Notes: generated by a model not told the origin, from the sequence alone. 46,925 bases of DNA from a virus (IMGVR_UViG_3300033067_001736:1-46925), one strand, 5' to 3'; numbered from the stretch's first letter, positions 19,920-29,913 are shown. A program made the numbers and translations.

Positions 19920-20605
19920 ACAAATAAATTTAATAATGGACTTAAATAATTAATTTGAAAAGGTATTCTTTTAAATACATGTGGTTGACTTCTTTTAGAA
20001 CAAATATTAACTACTATATTTGACATCATTGCGCCAATCATAGATGCCATATAAGTTGTTTGTTTAAATGTACAAGGTAATGGTTCAATTTCAATATCCA
20101 AGCATAAAGAATCTTGATAATTTTTCATATCTTCTTCATTTCTACTTACTGCAAAAATATTAAAATGTTCAGGACCTAATCTACCATCCATAAAATATTC
20201 AGTAGTAACACCTTCCTGACAAAAACTATCAAAAATAAGTTGTCTTGCTTCCATATTATCTACTGCTGAAACAACAATATCAAAATCATTTAAATAGTTA
20301 ACAGGTATTAATTCAGATACTTTATGTTTCATACCTATAAATTGTGTATTACAATTAAAGTAATCCAAAGTTGCTTTTAGTGCATCAACTTTATTTTGTA
20401 CACGATCTTCATTATAATTTAATAATTGTCCTGCTGTATTTACAATATCAACAGTATCATTATCCATTACAATTAACTTTTTAATATTACATCGTGCAAT
20501 ATTAAAAGCAAAATGAGATCCTATTCCTCCTGCACCAATAAGTAATATTTGTAACTTTGATGCTTCTTCAAACCAAGAGGCATCTTTAAATCGTGTTGTA
20601 TCCAT
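19916..20605 (-). CDS. ThiF/E1-like ubiquitin-activating adenylyltransferase
   Basis: GAGGIGS, DNDTVD..N, K(V)D, VDNMEAR, DGR, candidate thioester Cys in PLPCT. Confidence 0.9.
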   Translation of the reverse strand: MDTTRFKDASWFEEASKLQILLIGAGGIGSHFAFNIARCNIKKLIVMDNDTVDIVNTAGQLLNYNEDRVQNKVDALKATLDYFNCNTQFIGMKHKVSELIPVNYLNDFDIVVSAVDNMEARQLIFDSFCQEGVTTEYFMDGRLGPEHFNIFAVSRNEEDMKNYQDSLCLDIEIEPLPCTFKQTTYMASMIGAMMSNIVVNICSKRSQPHVFKRIPFQINYLSPLLNLFV

Positions 20606-21690
20606 TATTTAATTTCGTTAAGAATTTCAATAAACATTTTTACTCCCTTTTTATAAATGTATCTTCTAAGATAAAGAATTACATTATCTAAAAACTTATC
20701 ATTGTTTTTTTCATAAGGTTCAACTAAAGAATTAATACGCTCAATATCCTCATCATCATATTGACCATGAAGATATTGAATATTGATTTCTTCCATTACA
20801 TCAATTATAGTATCTGACATAGTGAATTCTTTCAAAAATTCTTCAACGAGTATCTCATTAGTTGAAACAGGTGCTTTTACAGTAGTATTATAATTTCCAC
20901 GATATATATCAGCGTGATTATATGCTTTTCCTTTTTTGTAATTTTTAGAATTTTTAGAATATTCTTGTTCTTTAATTTTTCTTTCTTCTGCCAATTTTAA
21001 ATTGTGATTAGTAATTAACTGTTCAACTTCCAATTCAAAAGGTGTTTTAGTTCTTTCAATTGTAGTAATATTACAATCAGTAACACAATATGAAACAAGT
21101 TCTTTTGAATGTGTAAATACAACATTTAAAGAGTTTTTAAACTCAAATGGTACTTCAGTTTTTGTATAAGAACAAAACTTAGCTTCAAAATCTAATCTAT
21201 TATTAACTATTAAAGAAAAATAAGAATTATGAAACTGTGACATTTGATATAAATCACTCATATCCTCCCCTGAAAAGAATACTGCCATTGTATTATGAGA
21301 ATGTATTTTTCCTTTACAACAACTAAACAACTCTTTATTTGCCATCATATAACGAGGTATTTCTTCCCCATGAACAAATTCAGTATATGTTTTTGTACCA
21401 ATATCAATTGGTAATAAATCTTCAACTGAAAAATGGTTATTTGCTTCATCATATTTGTAAAATATAATACCTGACCATTCTAAATCCGAAATATATGTGT
21501 TTAAAACAATGATTTTATCCAATGCCTTTTTTGTAATAAATACATTTTCTTTTGTTTCAGATTTAATTATGTTTTGTGACTGATTAAAAAGGGACTGATT
21601 GTTCGAAGGAAAGTTCTCCTTGTTCTCTTGTTGCACCAACTTGTTCTGTGTTGTCTTGATTTCTGGTGCGAATAGCTCTTTTATATTCAT
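20605..21690 (-). CDS. JAB/MPN+ metallopeptidase (deubiquitinase-like)
   Basis: E in LEWSG and HSH-x7-S-xx-D (IHSHNTMAVFFSGED). Confidence 0.85.
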   Translation of the reverse strand: MNIKELFAPEIKTTQNKLVQQENKENFPSNNQSLFNQSQNIIKSETKENVFITKKALDKIIVLNTYISDLEWSGIIFYKYDEANNHFSVEDLLPIDIGTKTYTEFVHGEEIPRYMMANKELFSCCKGKIHSHNTMAVFFSGEDMSDLYQMSQFHNSYFSLIVNNRLDFEAKFCSYTKTEVPFEFKNSLNVVFTHSKELVSYCVTDCNITTIERTKTPFELEVEQLITNHNLKLAEERKIKEQEYSKNSKNYKKGKAYNHADIYRGNYNTTVKAPVSTNEILVEEFLKEFTMSDTIIDVMEEINIQYLHGQYDDEDIERINSLVEPYEKNNDKFLDNVILYLRRYIYKKGVKMFIEILNEIK

Positions 21691-22525
21691 CTGTTTTAAT
21701 GTTTTGATAATGATGAAATGATTTTTTTAATACTGCATCTAAATTTTCAATATTTAATTCCGGTGGTTGCATTTCAGAAATTAATTTTGAAGGATAAATT
21801 TTTAAACCTATAGGTAATGTACCTAATTCTTTACGATTACCAATAAACTGATTATTCAATTTACTAAAATATAAACCGGGATATTTTTCTATTGTAATTA
21901 TTTCTTTTGCTGAAGTAGGTGTTCTAAATATTATATCTCCGCATGAAACTACAACACGAGTAATTTTTATTAGTTCAATTGTGTCTTCTTTACTTAACAA
22001 TCTTCTATATTGAATAGGAGGTCCAAATAAACAAGCATCATTTGAATTCATAAGTTTTCTATACGGTCCACCTTCTAAATCCTCATATTTTAAATAATTA
22101 AATAAAGAATGAATAAAAAGAGGAAGGGTTTCTATTGTATTTGCTTTTAAATTGCTTTTTAAATAATATCCTATACAAAAAATTGAATAATCATTAATTT
22201 CACCAAATAAAGGGTCTAAATGACTATGTTTATAATGATTATGATATTGTTTTTCAGACATTAAATCAACTTTACCTAGAATCTCAGTGAAAAGATGGTA
22301 AAGATTGCAATCTTTATATACTTTAATACCAAATTTTATACTAAGTCTTTTTACATCCGTTGATATATTAAAAATATTAGATACCTTTAGAAAGGGAATA
22401 TAAATTGTTATGTCATATCGATAATGGTTACAATCTTTGTTTGGATTTATAATTTCAATGGAATGTTGGTACTTATACAATAATTTTTTTAATATTTTAT
22501 TTACTTTTTTTCTTGGGTCTTCCAT
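21584..22525 (-). CDS. Prokaryotic E2-like conjugating enzyme (candidate)
   Basis: YKHSHL...FCIG resembles the E2 HPN/HPH...CLG signature; adjacent to JAB and E1. Confidence 0.55.
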   Translation of the reverse strand: MEDPRKKVNKILKKLLYKYQHSIEIINPNKDCNHYRYDITIYIPFLKVSNIFNISTDVKRLSIKFGIKVYKDCNLYHLFTEILGKVDLMSEKQYHNHYKHSHLDPLFGEINDYSIFCIGYYLKSNLKANTIETLPLFIHSLFNYLKYEDLEGGPYRKLMNSNDACLFGPPIQYRRLLSKEDTIELIKITRVVVSCGDIIFRTPTSAKEIITIEKYPGLYFSKLNNQFIGNRKELGTLPIGLKIYPSKLISEMQPPELNIENLDAVLKKSFHHYQNIKTDEYKRAIRTRNQDNTEQVGATREQGELSFEQSVPF

Positions 22526-22542
22526 ATTTTAGTATTAAAAAT

Positions 22543-22570
22543 AAGAGGAGATAGAAATCTATCCCCTCTT
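22543..22570 (-). terminator. Intrinsic terminator-like hairpin
   Basis: AAGAGGAGATAG-AAAT-CTATCCCCTCTT, followed by a T-rich run on the - strand. Confidence 0.6.
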
Positions 22571-22580
22571 TGTTAAAAAA

Positions 22581-22913
22581 TTAAAAATTAAACATTGGTT
22601 TTATAAGTTCTAATACCTTATTAACATCTTCTTCACCTTCAATAGCTACTTGATTAGATAACATAATATTAAATTTATCAAACTTATGTTGATACAAAAA
22701 TACTCTTGCAATTTCTGCTTTTGTTACAAAAAAAGCAATTGTAGTATTTACTTTTATCAACTTATTATCTTGTTTTTCATCTCTTACAGTACCTTTCATC
22801 ACTTGTTCAACTTGTAAATATTCTTTACACGATGAAACTGTTAAGGTCTGTTCTGAAACTTCTAAACTTTCACCTGCTTTTAAAGCATACGGATATTTTA
22901 CTGTTATACCCAT
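22581..22913 (-). CDS. Hypothetical protein within the Ubl locus
   Basis: 110 aa ORF, 1-nt overlap with the upstream gene. Confidence 0.7.
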   Translation of the reverse strand: MGITVKYPYALKAGESLEVSEQTLTVSSCKEYLQVEQVMKGTVRDEKQDNKLIKVNTTIAFFVTKAEIARVFLYQHKFDKFNIMLSNQVAIEGEEDVNKVLELIKPMFNF

Positions 22914-23566
22914 TATCCTTCTCTTTTTAGTTTCTCATAAATAGAGTTTAGCTTTGCTTTCAGATTGTAATTGTAAGAATTAAATACACTAACCCAACCT
23001 CTTATTATACCTTGAAGAGTTGGTACCCCATCTTTTACAAAAGGGTGTACATCTTCAGAACTAACATAATCGGTATGTGCAATTTCATTCAACTTGTTAA
23101 ACAAGTCTGTTGAACTAGCATTGGGTGTAGCATTTTTAACATTGTTGCAAATTGCTTCACTTTTTGGAGTACATTCTCCTTTTGTTTTTACAACTGAATT
23201 TTCTGTTTTAAATTCTTCAATCATTTCTGTTAATGTATCATTAGAGATTCTTGTAAAATTCTTAAAGAATACTTTTGCATCAGGATACTTTTCTACAAAT
23301 TCATTAATAGTACTGTAAAGTTCTTTTCTGTCTGCTCCTGCTGAAGTTTTAACTTTAGGCATAATAAACAGAGTAAAATCTTCTTCCGGTAGAACGGATT
23401 CAGGAAGAGATAATGTGTTACAAGTTTCACCTATCATAAGGTTCATATCTTGCAATTTACCATACTGCTCCCCTAATTGATCAACAAGTTCTTGTCTTGT
23501 TGTTGCTGAAGATTCAATTACTGTTGCAGTTGGCATGAATGTGGAGGAGATTACGATCTTTCTCAT
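22913..23566 (-). CDS. Ubiquitin-like (beta-grasp) precursor with C-terminal extension
   Basis: N-terminal 77 aa show a strand-strand-helix-strand pattern (MRKIVISS...ATTRQELVDQL...LPEEDFTLFIMP) ending KTSAG77; gene context. Confidence 0.6.
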   Translation of the reverse strand: MRKIVISSTFMPTATVIESSATTRQELVDQLGEQYGKLQDMNLMIGETCNTLSLPESVLPEEDFTLFIMPKVKTSAGADRKELYSTINEFVEKYPDAKVFFKNFTRISNDTLTEMIEEFKTENSVVKTKGECTPKSEAICNNVKNATPNASSTDLFNKLNEIAHTDYVSSEDVHPFVKDGVPTLQGIIRGWVSVFNSYNYNLKAKLNSIYEKLKREG

Positions 23567-23568
23567 TG

Positions 23569-24459
23569 TTAAATCAAATTTTGAATGTTACGAATAAATT
23601 TATTTACATCTTTTTTCTTACCTTGTTCTATTGCATCTGATACATTTTTATAATTTTTCATTATGTACACATGAACATTTTTTTGTGGGTAAGCACTTAT
23701 AATAAACTCTTTCAGTTTATTTGCTGCTAATATACCGGGATTGTCATTATCAAACATGATAATAACATTATTTACCCCTTTTAGAAAAGAAAGTAAAGTT
23801 TCAGGAATCATACCTTCATTTTGAAACCAAATACAATATAAATTATAGATATATTTACAAATAATATAATCTTTTGCTGATTTTTGTATTATAAGAGTTT
23901 CAATATTAAAAGGTAAATCATTATCTCCGCTTATTATATTAGGAACATTGGAAATCCATTTCAATTGTTCATTGAAAGGATTATAAATTTTAATATAATC
24001 ATCTACTAATAAAGAATAAGATAATTCTTTTGGTCCAACATTATAAGAAACATACTTATTACGTTTTTTTGAAAAAAATCTAAACCATTCATTTGAATGT
24101 ATATTTTCTTTTTCTAAAAAAGAAGATTTGATTTCATATTGTTGCCAATAGTTTTTATCAAATACAGTCCATTTTCTTTTTTTAGTAGTAATATGATTAA
24201 ATTTGATTATTGGATTGTTTGTTATTACACTTGTGAATGAAGTAGGTATGTCATTTAAATCGTGGTATGTTCTATGAGTTTTAATTGGGTCACCAAAATC
24301 TATAAACATCAACACATTATTTACCCATTTAAATGAACATTTAGGATTACTATCCTCTCTAAAAGGAGAACAATAATACCTATTAAGATCAATCTTCTGA
24401 CCTAATTTCTTTTCCCACATTTGTAACTGATCAATATTTTCTTCATTATAGCCATACAT
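23569..24459 (-). CDS. DNA primase (DnaG-like Zn finger + TOPRIM)
   Basis: CSPFREDSNPKC, QKSAKD, FDNDNPG. Start moved to ATG 24459 because the longer start lies in a terminator hairpin. Confidence 0.85.
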   Translation of the reverse strand: MYGYNEENIDQLQMWEKKLGQKIDLNRYYCSPFREDSNPKCSFKWVNNVLMFIDFGDPIKTHRTYHDLNDIPTSFTSVITNNPIIKFNHITTKKRKWTVFDKNYWQQYEIKSSFLEKENIHSNEWFRFFSKKRNKYVSYNVGPKELSYSLLVDDYIKIYNPFNEQLKWISNVPNIISGDNDLPFNIETLIIQKSAKDYIICKYIYNLYCIWFQNEGMIPETLLSFLKGVNNVIIMFDNDNPGILAANKLKEFIISAYPQKNVHVYIMKNYKNVSDAIEQGKKKDVNKFIRNIQNLI

Positions 24460-24481
24460 ATTTAAAAAATTTATAAAAAAA

Positions 24482-24507
24482 GAGAGAGTTAAATTAATAA
24501 CTCTCTC
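24482..24507 (-). terminator. Intrinsic terminator
   Basis: GAGAGTTA...TAACTCTC stem followed by a T run on the - strand. Confidence 0.65.
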
Positions 24508-24537
24508 CAAAATGACTAGACTAAAACAAAATCTATA

Positions 24538-25251
24538 TTACCAATCAGCAGTACCAGTAGTAGAACTTGCTGAACTATTACTGAATCCACTTGATTCAGT
24601 TCTTTGTTGAGTTGCAAAATTACTATTTACAAACCACCCATTTCTTTTAATGGAGTGTACTACACCTTCCTCATTTACATAAGTTAAAGCATTAGGATCT
24701 GTATTATCAGGGTTCTCTTTTCTTACTTGAGTAAAAGTTCCTTCTTCACTTACAGCCAACCAAGGACCTTGTTTGAAATTCTTTGGTATTTGCAAGAATG
24801 TAATTTCATTATTACCTGAAAGTTGCCATTCATATTGCAAAAACAAATCCAAATCAATTTCACTAAAGTTCTTTGGTAACAATGCAGCACTAATGTTAGC
24901 ATATTGTTTGAAACTCGCAATAGGAGTTGCAAATGCTTTTTTCAATTCATCTTTATCAATGAATCTTGAAAGAATATGTGTAATTGTACTATTTAACAAA
25001 CCTATTGCTGCTTGAAAAGCAGGATGTTTAGGGTCTGTTATTTCTGTTTTACCTTCAAAAGCTTTTGTTACAGGAAACAATCTCATTCTCATGTGAGAAT
25101 CACCTTTTGAAAATTCTACATCAATACAATCCCCTTCTGTGTTTCCTGCCCCACCTTGAGAATTGTATTCAAATTTTGTCATTTTTACTCTTTGGTTTAA
25201 TCCAAAAGTAAAATCTCCTCGTTTAGAGGAATCATCAGCATAACCGTACAT
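24538..25251 (-). CDS. Putative single-stranded DNA-binding protein
   Basis: Position between ATPase and primase; low-complexity Ser/Thr tail ending in DW. Confidence 0.55.
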   Translation of the reverse strand: MYGYADDSSKRGDFTFGLNQRVKMTKFEYNSQGGAGNTEGDCIDVEFSKGDSHMRMRLFPVTKAFEGKTEITDPKHPAFQAAIGLLNSTITHILSRFIDKDELKKAFATPIASFKQYANISAALLPKNFSEIDLDLFLQYEWQLSGNNEITFLQIPKNFKQGPWLAVSEEGTFTQVRKENPDNTDPNALTYVNEEGVVHSIKRNGWFVNSNFATQQRTESSGFSNSSASSTTGTADW

Positions 25252-25274
25252 ATATATAATTTTTAGTTACTAAA

Positions 25275-25640
25275 TTAAATTTCTATTTCAAACTCATTTG
25301 CTAGAATAGGAAGTTCTTCTTCTTCTCTAATTAGATTTTGTTCTTCTTGTGTAAAATTTCTTGATACTTCTTCTACAGCAACTAAATTTGTTACTTGAGG
25401 GGTATCAAGAATATCTGTATTTTCTTCTAAATCATCTACTAATACAAACTCATTAAGAGAAATTTTAATAGTTGACAACAAAGGGTGCATTAATAATTTT
25501 TTTGTTGACGTTTTACTAAGACCATAAAAACTCTGAATAGAATTTCCTGTCTCAGGATCATAACCTTTTTGGTCATCAAACTTTACAAAGTTACCACTTT
25601 TTAGTAATTCAATAGTCTTTTTTAATGAAATTTCTTGCAT
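25275..25640 (-). CDS. Hypothetical protein with acidic tail
   Basis: 121 aa ORF. Confidence 0.7.
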   Translation of the reverse strand: MQEISLKKTIELLKSGNFVKFDDQKGYDPETGNSIQSFYGLSKTSTKKLLMHPLLSTIKISLNEFVLVDDLEENTDILDTPQVTNLVAVEEVSRNFTQEEQNLIREEEELPILANEFEIEI

Positions 25641-25651
25641 TTTTATTTAAT

Positions 25652-25859
25652 TTAATTATTATACTTATTCACCACATCTAATACAAGACCTAAATCATTA
25701 GGTATGTATAATTCTTCAAACATTCCTGCTGGTGATTTAGCAGGATATTTACCATCAAAATTAGTAACAAACTGTTTTAATACTGTTTTATCTTCAGTAA
25801 TTTCTTGTTTACCGTATAAAACAATTTCAAACTTACCCTCTACAGTAATGTAATTTTGC
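25652..25859 (-). CDS. AAA_24/Sak4-like ATPase, exon 2 (missing from ORF track)
   Basis: After splicing reads V-QNYITVEGKFEIVLYG...FVTNFDGKYPAKSPAGMFEELYIPNDLGLVLDVVNKYNN*, the expected C-terminus of this family. Confidence 0.9.
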
Positions 25860-26191
25860 CATTATATTACTGTATTATAATTTCTTTTTTATCTATTAAT
25901 CACATAGAGAAATTATTGCTTAATATTTCTATTAAGATTAGACTATATCTTCGTTTTTAAACCCCCATTAAGTATTAAAAACGTTCACCGTTTCCAAAAT
26001 TATTTGATTAGAATAATAATGTACTCCCTCACAACAAGGGATAGTCGTTGAACTTTATTCCCATAAGGAATCTTAGCTGCTGATTGCCCAATTCTTCTCT
26101 CTTTTACTATACTTATATCATTACTGTATAAGGGAGTGTAGAAGACTCTAAGGGGTTTCCAGTCAATTAGATGAATAATGGCACAAAATTT
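25860..26191 (-). mobile_element. ORF-less group I intron (IA-like), 332 nt
   Basis: P1 ATGGT^A pairs TGCCAT with the U.G at the splice site. P10 AATTTTG pairs exon-2 CAAAATT. Core AATCAGCAG, GTTCAACGACTA, AAGATATAGTCT. Terminal omega-G. Splicing restores the frame. Confidence 0.92.
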
Positions 26192-26694
26192 ACCATACTT
26201 CCAACTGTTTTGAACCTATAAGATATTGTATCAGAAGAAGAATCTTTATATTCTTCATAATGCGCCATCATTATAATATTCAAATCAGCAGACAAATCTT
26301 CAATTGCATTAAAGATTTTACCCATAAAGTCACCAATTTGTTTGAAAGTATCAAATCCACCTTTTAAACTATTACTCATATAATAGTCTTGCATCACATA
26401 GTTAAAGTCATCAAGAACAATATTCTTAATATCTTTTCTATTTTCACCTATCCATTTTACTAATTTGGCAATATCATGTCCATTATTACTAATGAAATAA
26501 TTACCTTTATCAGGTGGCAAAGATGTTGCTAATTGATATTGAGATTTCCATCCGGGGAAAGGTAATCCCTTTTTTGTTGCGGATATAACAAAGGTTTCTT
26601 TTGGGTTAAGACCTTTGATTTTTAAAGTTTCATTTCTACCAATTGAGGTAGATTTCCCAAATCCGCTTTGGGCAAGTACTAAAATTTTTGCCAT
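26192..26694 (-). CDS. AAA_24/Sak4-like ATPase, exon 1
   Basis: Walker A AQSGFGKST, Walker B IVLDD, MMAH, KTVGSM. Confidence 0.88.
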
Positions 26695-27785
26695 TATAAA
26701 TGTTTAAAATGAATATTACTACCATTAAATCTCAATGGTAATTGTTGAGGACACTCTGCTTCTCTTGCTTCCACAAGATGCCATGATAAATAATCAGGTA
26801 CATCTTTTAACTCTACACCAAAATGTTTTTTTAAACCTAATGACTTAGCCGGATTAAATAATCCTATTAAAACATTTGCATCTTCAGCTAAATTACCTGA
26901 ATCTTTTATATCCGTTGAATTAGGTGCTAAAAATTCAGTATTAAACTTAACTCTTTGAATATCATCAAGATTTCTATTACTATGAACTACATTAACAAAA
27001 GTATAGTTACAAGTATTTCTTAATGACACTTGATAATCACTCATTTTATCCATGTTTTCTTTTATTGAAAACCCTCTTTCTGATGATAATTTTCTAATGT
27101 GATCTATTACAATAACGGTGTATTTTTTAGAATCTTTTGGTACATAACCAGTAACTCTTTGTTTTGTAATAATTGATCCATTTTCTTTTGTATCATAAGA
27201 TTCTCGGATAAACTCTCCATCATCTTCTGCGTGTTTCTTAAGATAATTTAATATTCCTGTAGGATTGATTCTATCTTCAATAAATTGAATGATACCCTTT
27301 TTAATTTTTTCATTTTTAGAATTGTATTCTCCAAATAAAGGTATTATCCTGTTGGTGTAAATTTGTCTCAAGATTTCTTTATGTGATTCTGATACTGTTA
27401 TTAATTCATTGTCATCATCTTTTAAATGACCAAGTAAATAAGCTGATGAAATTTTATACATTTTCCCTTTATGTTCAAATTTTGATTCATTAAAATCATG
27501 TTTGAAAAAGAAAGAAGCATAAATAAATTCTTTTACTACCCTACTAATTTCAAAAGAATAATAAATATACTCAATCGGTATATTATTTTCTAATGCGTAT
27601 AATATAGGATGAATAACAAAACTAAAATCTACATAAGCTGTTTTACCTGTTTTTGGTGGTGCAAATATGCCGTAAATTTTTCCCTGATGAACACCATAAA
27701 TAGTATCATCAACTTCTTTTATTCCGGTAGATAAACCTAAATTCTGTCCTAATTGTCCTTTTTTAAATGTTTCAATAAAGTTCAT
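26694..27785 (-). CDS. DnaB-like (SF4) replicative helicase
   Basis: APPKTGKT, YYSFE, VIDH, HSNR, DIKDSGNLAEDAN. Confidence 0.85.
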   Translation of the reverse strand: MNFIETFKKGQLGQNLGLSTGIKEVDDTIYGVHQGKIYGIFAPPKTGKTAYVDFSFVIHPILYALENNIPIEYIYYSFEISRVVKEFIYASFFFKHDFNESKFEHKGKMYKISSAYLLGHLKDDDNELITVSESHKEILRQIYTNRIIPLFGEYNSKNEKIKKGIIQFIEDRINPTGILNYLKKHAEDDGEFIRESYDTKENGSIITKQRVTGYVPKDSKKYTVIVIDHIRKLSSERGFSIKENMDKMSDYQVSLRNTCNYTFVNVVHSNRNLDDIQRVKFNTEFLAPNSTDIKDSGNLAEDANVLIGLFNPAKSLGLKKHFGVELKDVPDYLSWHLVEAREAECPQQLPLRFNGSNIHFKHL

Positions 27786-28267
27786 TATGAAAAATTAAAG
27801 GATTTAACGCCTCTGATTATGTTCAGAAGATTTGATTTACCATCTTTCTCTATAAAATTAGAAAAAGTTTGGAGATATGTAGGATCATTTAATGATTTTA
27901 AGTAATACATTGTGCTATCATAAATATCAGCCTGACTGATTTTCTCTTTAACCATTAATTTTGTTACTTTTTCCTTCATTTCATTAAAGTCAGAACTTCT
28001 TGAAGGATTCATTTCTACAAAATAATTAGCTAATTCTTGTAACCAATTCCAATCTGTATCTAAGCTAGAATACAATGGTACTTCCCATATTATTTCCCTT
28101 TTCATATAATCTCTTGAAATCATTCCTGAAATATAAACTTGTTTTCTTGTAAACTCATCTATTACAGAATGATCTAAATCGTGATACAATGCAGTAAGAA
28201 ACAATATGGTTTTACTATAATCAATATTAAAAGTCTTGCATATCGTTTTGATTTTTTCGTTGTACAT
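27785..28267 (-). CDS. Hypothetical replication-module protein
   Basis: 160 aa ORF between two helicases. Confidence 0.7.
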   Translation of the reverse strand: MYNEKIKTICKTFNIDYSKTILFLTALYHDLDHSVIDEFTRKQVYISGMISRDYMKREIIWEVPLYSSLDTDWNWLQELANYFVEMNPSRSSDFNEMKEKVTKLMVKEKISQADIYDSTMYYLKSLNDPTYLQTFSNFIEKDGKSNLLNIIRGVKSFNFS

Positions 28268-29411
28268 AATTGTTTTTTAAATTTTCAAATCGGATAAACT
28301 CAATGCTTAAAGGATCAAAGTCCTTTATACTATTTTTCACCCATTCTTCATCTCTTGTATTAACAACACAAATAATGAATATTTCTCCTCTGTGTCCTTC
28401 TTTGAATCTAATTAATCTACCAACTCTTTGTGTTAAAACTCTTGGATCAGAAAAACATTGTACAATGATTGCTTTATCAACAGCATTTAAATTTACACCT
28501 TCATTTAAAGCGTCAACACAAGCAAGTTCATTGATCTTATCATTTACAAAATTGTTAAAGTCTGTATGATCTTTCTTTTTTGAATGAAAAGTATGTTTTG
28601 ATAATTCTTCAGCTTGGGCAATGTTACCTGCAAATATAAGCAATTTATCTGATTCATCAATCAATTTGTCCTTTATAAATTTAGCTATTTCAAACTTTGT
28701 TTTTAAGCCTTTTATAAATTGTACACGTTTGATTATCATCATTTCACGACTCTTCTTTGATTGAGGAGTATTCATATACATTAGTTTCCCTATTGCTTTC
28801 GTAAGATATTCATATTGTGCTTGTTCTGTAATTTGAAAATAACCATGTGATTTACTACCTGCTTTGATATACTTTTCAGTATTATCTAATCTACATTCTA
28901 CAATGGTTATTTTATAGGGGGAAACTAATCCGTATTCAACTGCTTTATCAAGAGGTAAATGATAAATTACCTTATTAAGATTAAGTGATTTGAATAATTT
29001 GATTTTTAACTTATTAGTTGGCATTGTTGCAGTAAGTAATAGTGTCCTCTTCGGTTCATTAGTAAAAATCTCTGAACGTAATTCTGTAATATTGTGTCCT
29101 TCATCAAGTACGAGTAAATCAATGTTCTCATCAGCTACTTTATGAGCAGATGCGTAACAAATCTTTCTTATATTGTTTAACAAATAACCAAGCTTAAACT
29201 TTTTAAACTCATTATCCCAATTTTCATCTCTTAATTTTTGTGTAGGAACGCAAATGTACACAACCACATTTGGATTTTGATCATAAAGATGTTTGATATA
29301 CTGAATAGTAATAAAACTTTTTCCTGATCCTGTTGCCATAGATAATATTCCTGTGCCATCTGCTTCAATAATTGAATCTACAGCTTCCTTTTGTATTATT
29401 TCTCTATTCAT
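28227..29411 (-). CDS. Superfamily 2 helicase
   Basis: ATGSGKS, DEGH, LTAT, LNEGVN, QRVGRLIR. Confidence 0.9.
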   Translation of the reverse strand: MNREIIQKEAVDSIIEADGTGILSMATGSGKSFITIQYIKHLYDQNPNVVVYICVPTQKLRDENWDNEFKKFKLGYLLNNIRKICYASAHKVADENIDLLVLDEGHNITELRSEIFTNEPKRTLLLTATMPTNKLKIKLFKSLNLNKVIYHLPLDKAVEYGLVSPYKITIVECRLDNTEKYIKAGSKSHGYFQITEQAQYEYLTKAIGKLMYMNTPQSKKSREMMIIKRVQFIKGLKTKFEIAKFIKDKLIDESDKLLIFAGNIAQAEELSKHTFHSKKKDHTDFNNFVNDKINELACVDALNEGVNLNAVDKAIIVQCFSDPRVLTQRVGRLIRFKEGHRGEIFIICVVNTRDEEWVKNSIKDFDPLSIEFIRFENLKNNYVQRKNQNDMQDF

Positions 29412-29423
29412 AATATTTGTTTA

Positions 29424-29696
29424 TTAACTTAATTGTGGAAATGTACATTTAATTTTAAAATCATTACTCATAACATCTAAAAACTCAATTTCTTGTTGAA
29501 AATTATCTATTGCTATCATTGTAGCAGTAGCAATAATATCTTCCGTAGTATAAGTGCCTTTAAAATCTTCTTTTAACTTATTAAATACGTCTTTTTGCCT
29601 TATAGAATAAGTTCTTGTAATATGAACACTAATATGTTCATCTTGCTTTTCCATTTCTTTATTGTCTTCAAATAAATCACTCATCTTTTTTTTCAA
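29424..29696 (-). CDS. Hypothetical protein
   Basis: 90 aa ORF. Confidence 0.65.
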   Translation of the reverse strand: MKKKMSDLFEDNKEMEKQDEHISVHITRTYSIRQKDVFNKLKEDFKGTYTTEDIIATATMIAIDNFQQEIEFLDVMSNDFKIKCTFPQLS

Positions 29697-29913
29697 TTTT
29701 AACTGTTAATCCTAATGCCTCACATATAGCAAGAACATTCAAAAATGAACTACTTGTTGATCCTGTTACAATAGTATGAATAGTGGCTTTATTTATACCA
29801 GTCTTCATAAAAATATCTTGTAGTTCAAGTTTTTGCTTTCTTTTCTCTCTTTGTAACAATTTCAGTAGGTTTTTTTCTACTTCTTTTGTCTGCTTTCTGC
29901 ATCTGTGTAACAT
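29677..29913 (-). CDS. XRE-family helix-turn-helix protein
   Basis: REKRKQKLELQDIFMKTGINKATIHTIVTG...NVLAICEALGL pattern. Confidence 0.7.
   Translation of the reverse strand: MLHRCRKQTKEVEKNLLKLLQREKRKQKLELQDIFMKTGINKATIHTIVTGSTSSSFLNVLAICEALGLTVKIEKKDE

Noticed and set aside
19916-20605. ThiF/MoeB in cofactor biosynthesis
   Set aside because: No thiS/thiG/moaD/moaE context; neighbours are JAB, E2-like and Ubl-like genes
26167-26191. C-terminus NFVPLFI of the 175 aa ORF
   Set aside because: Read-through into the group I intron, not the real protein end
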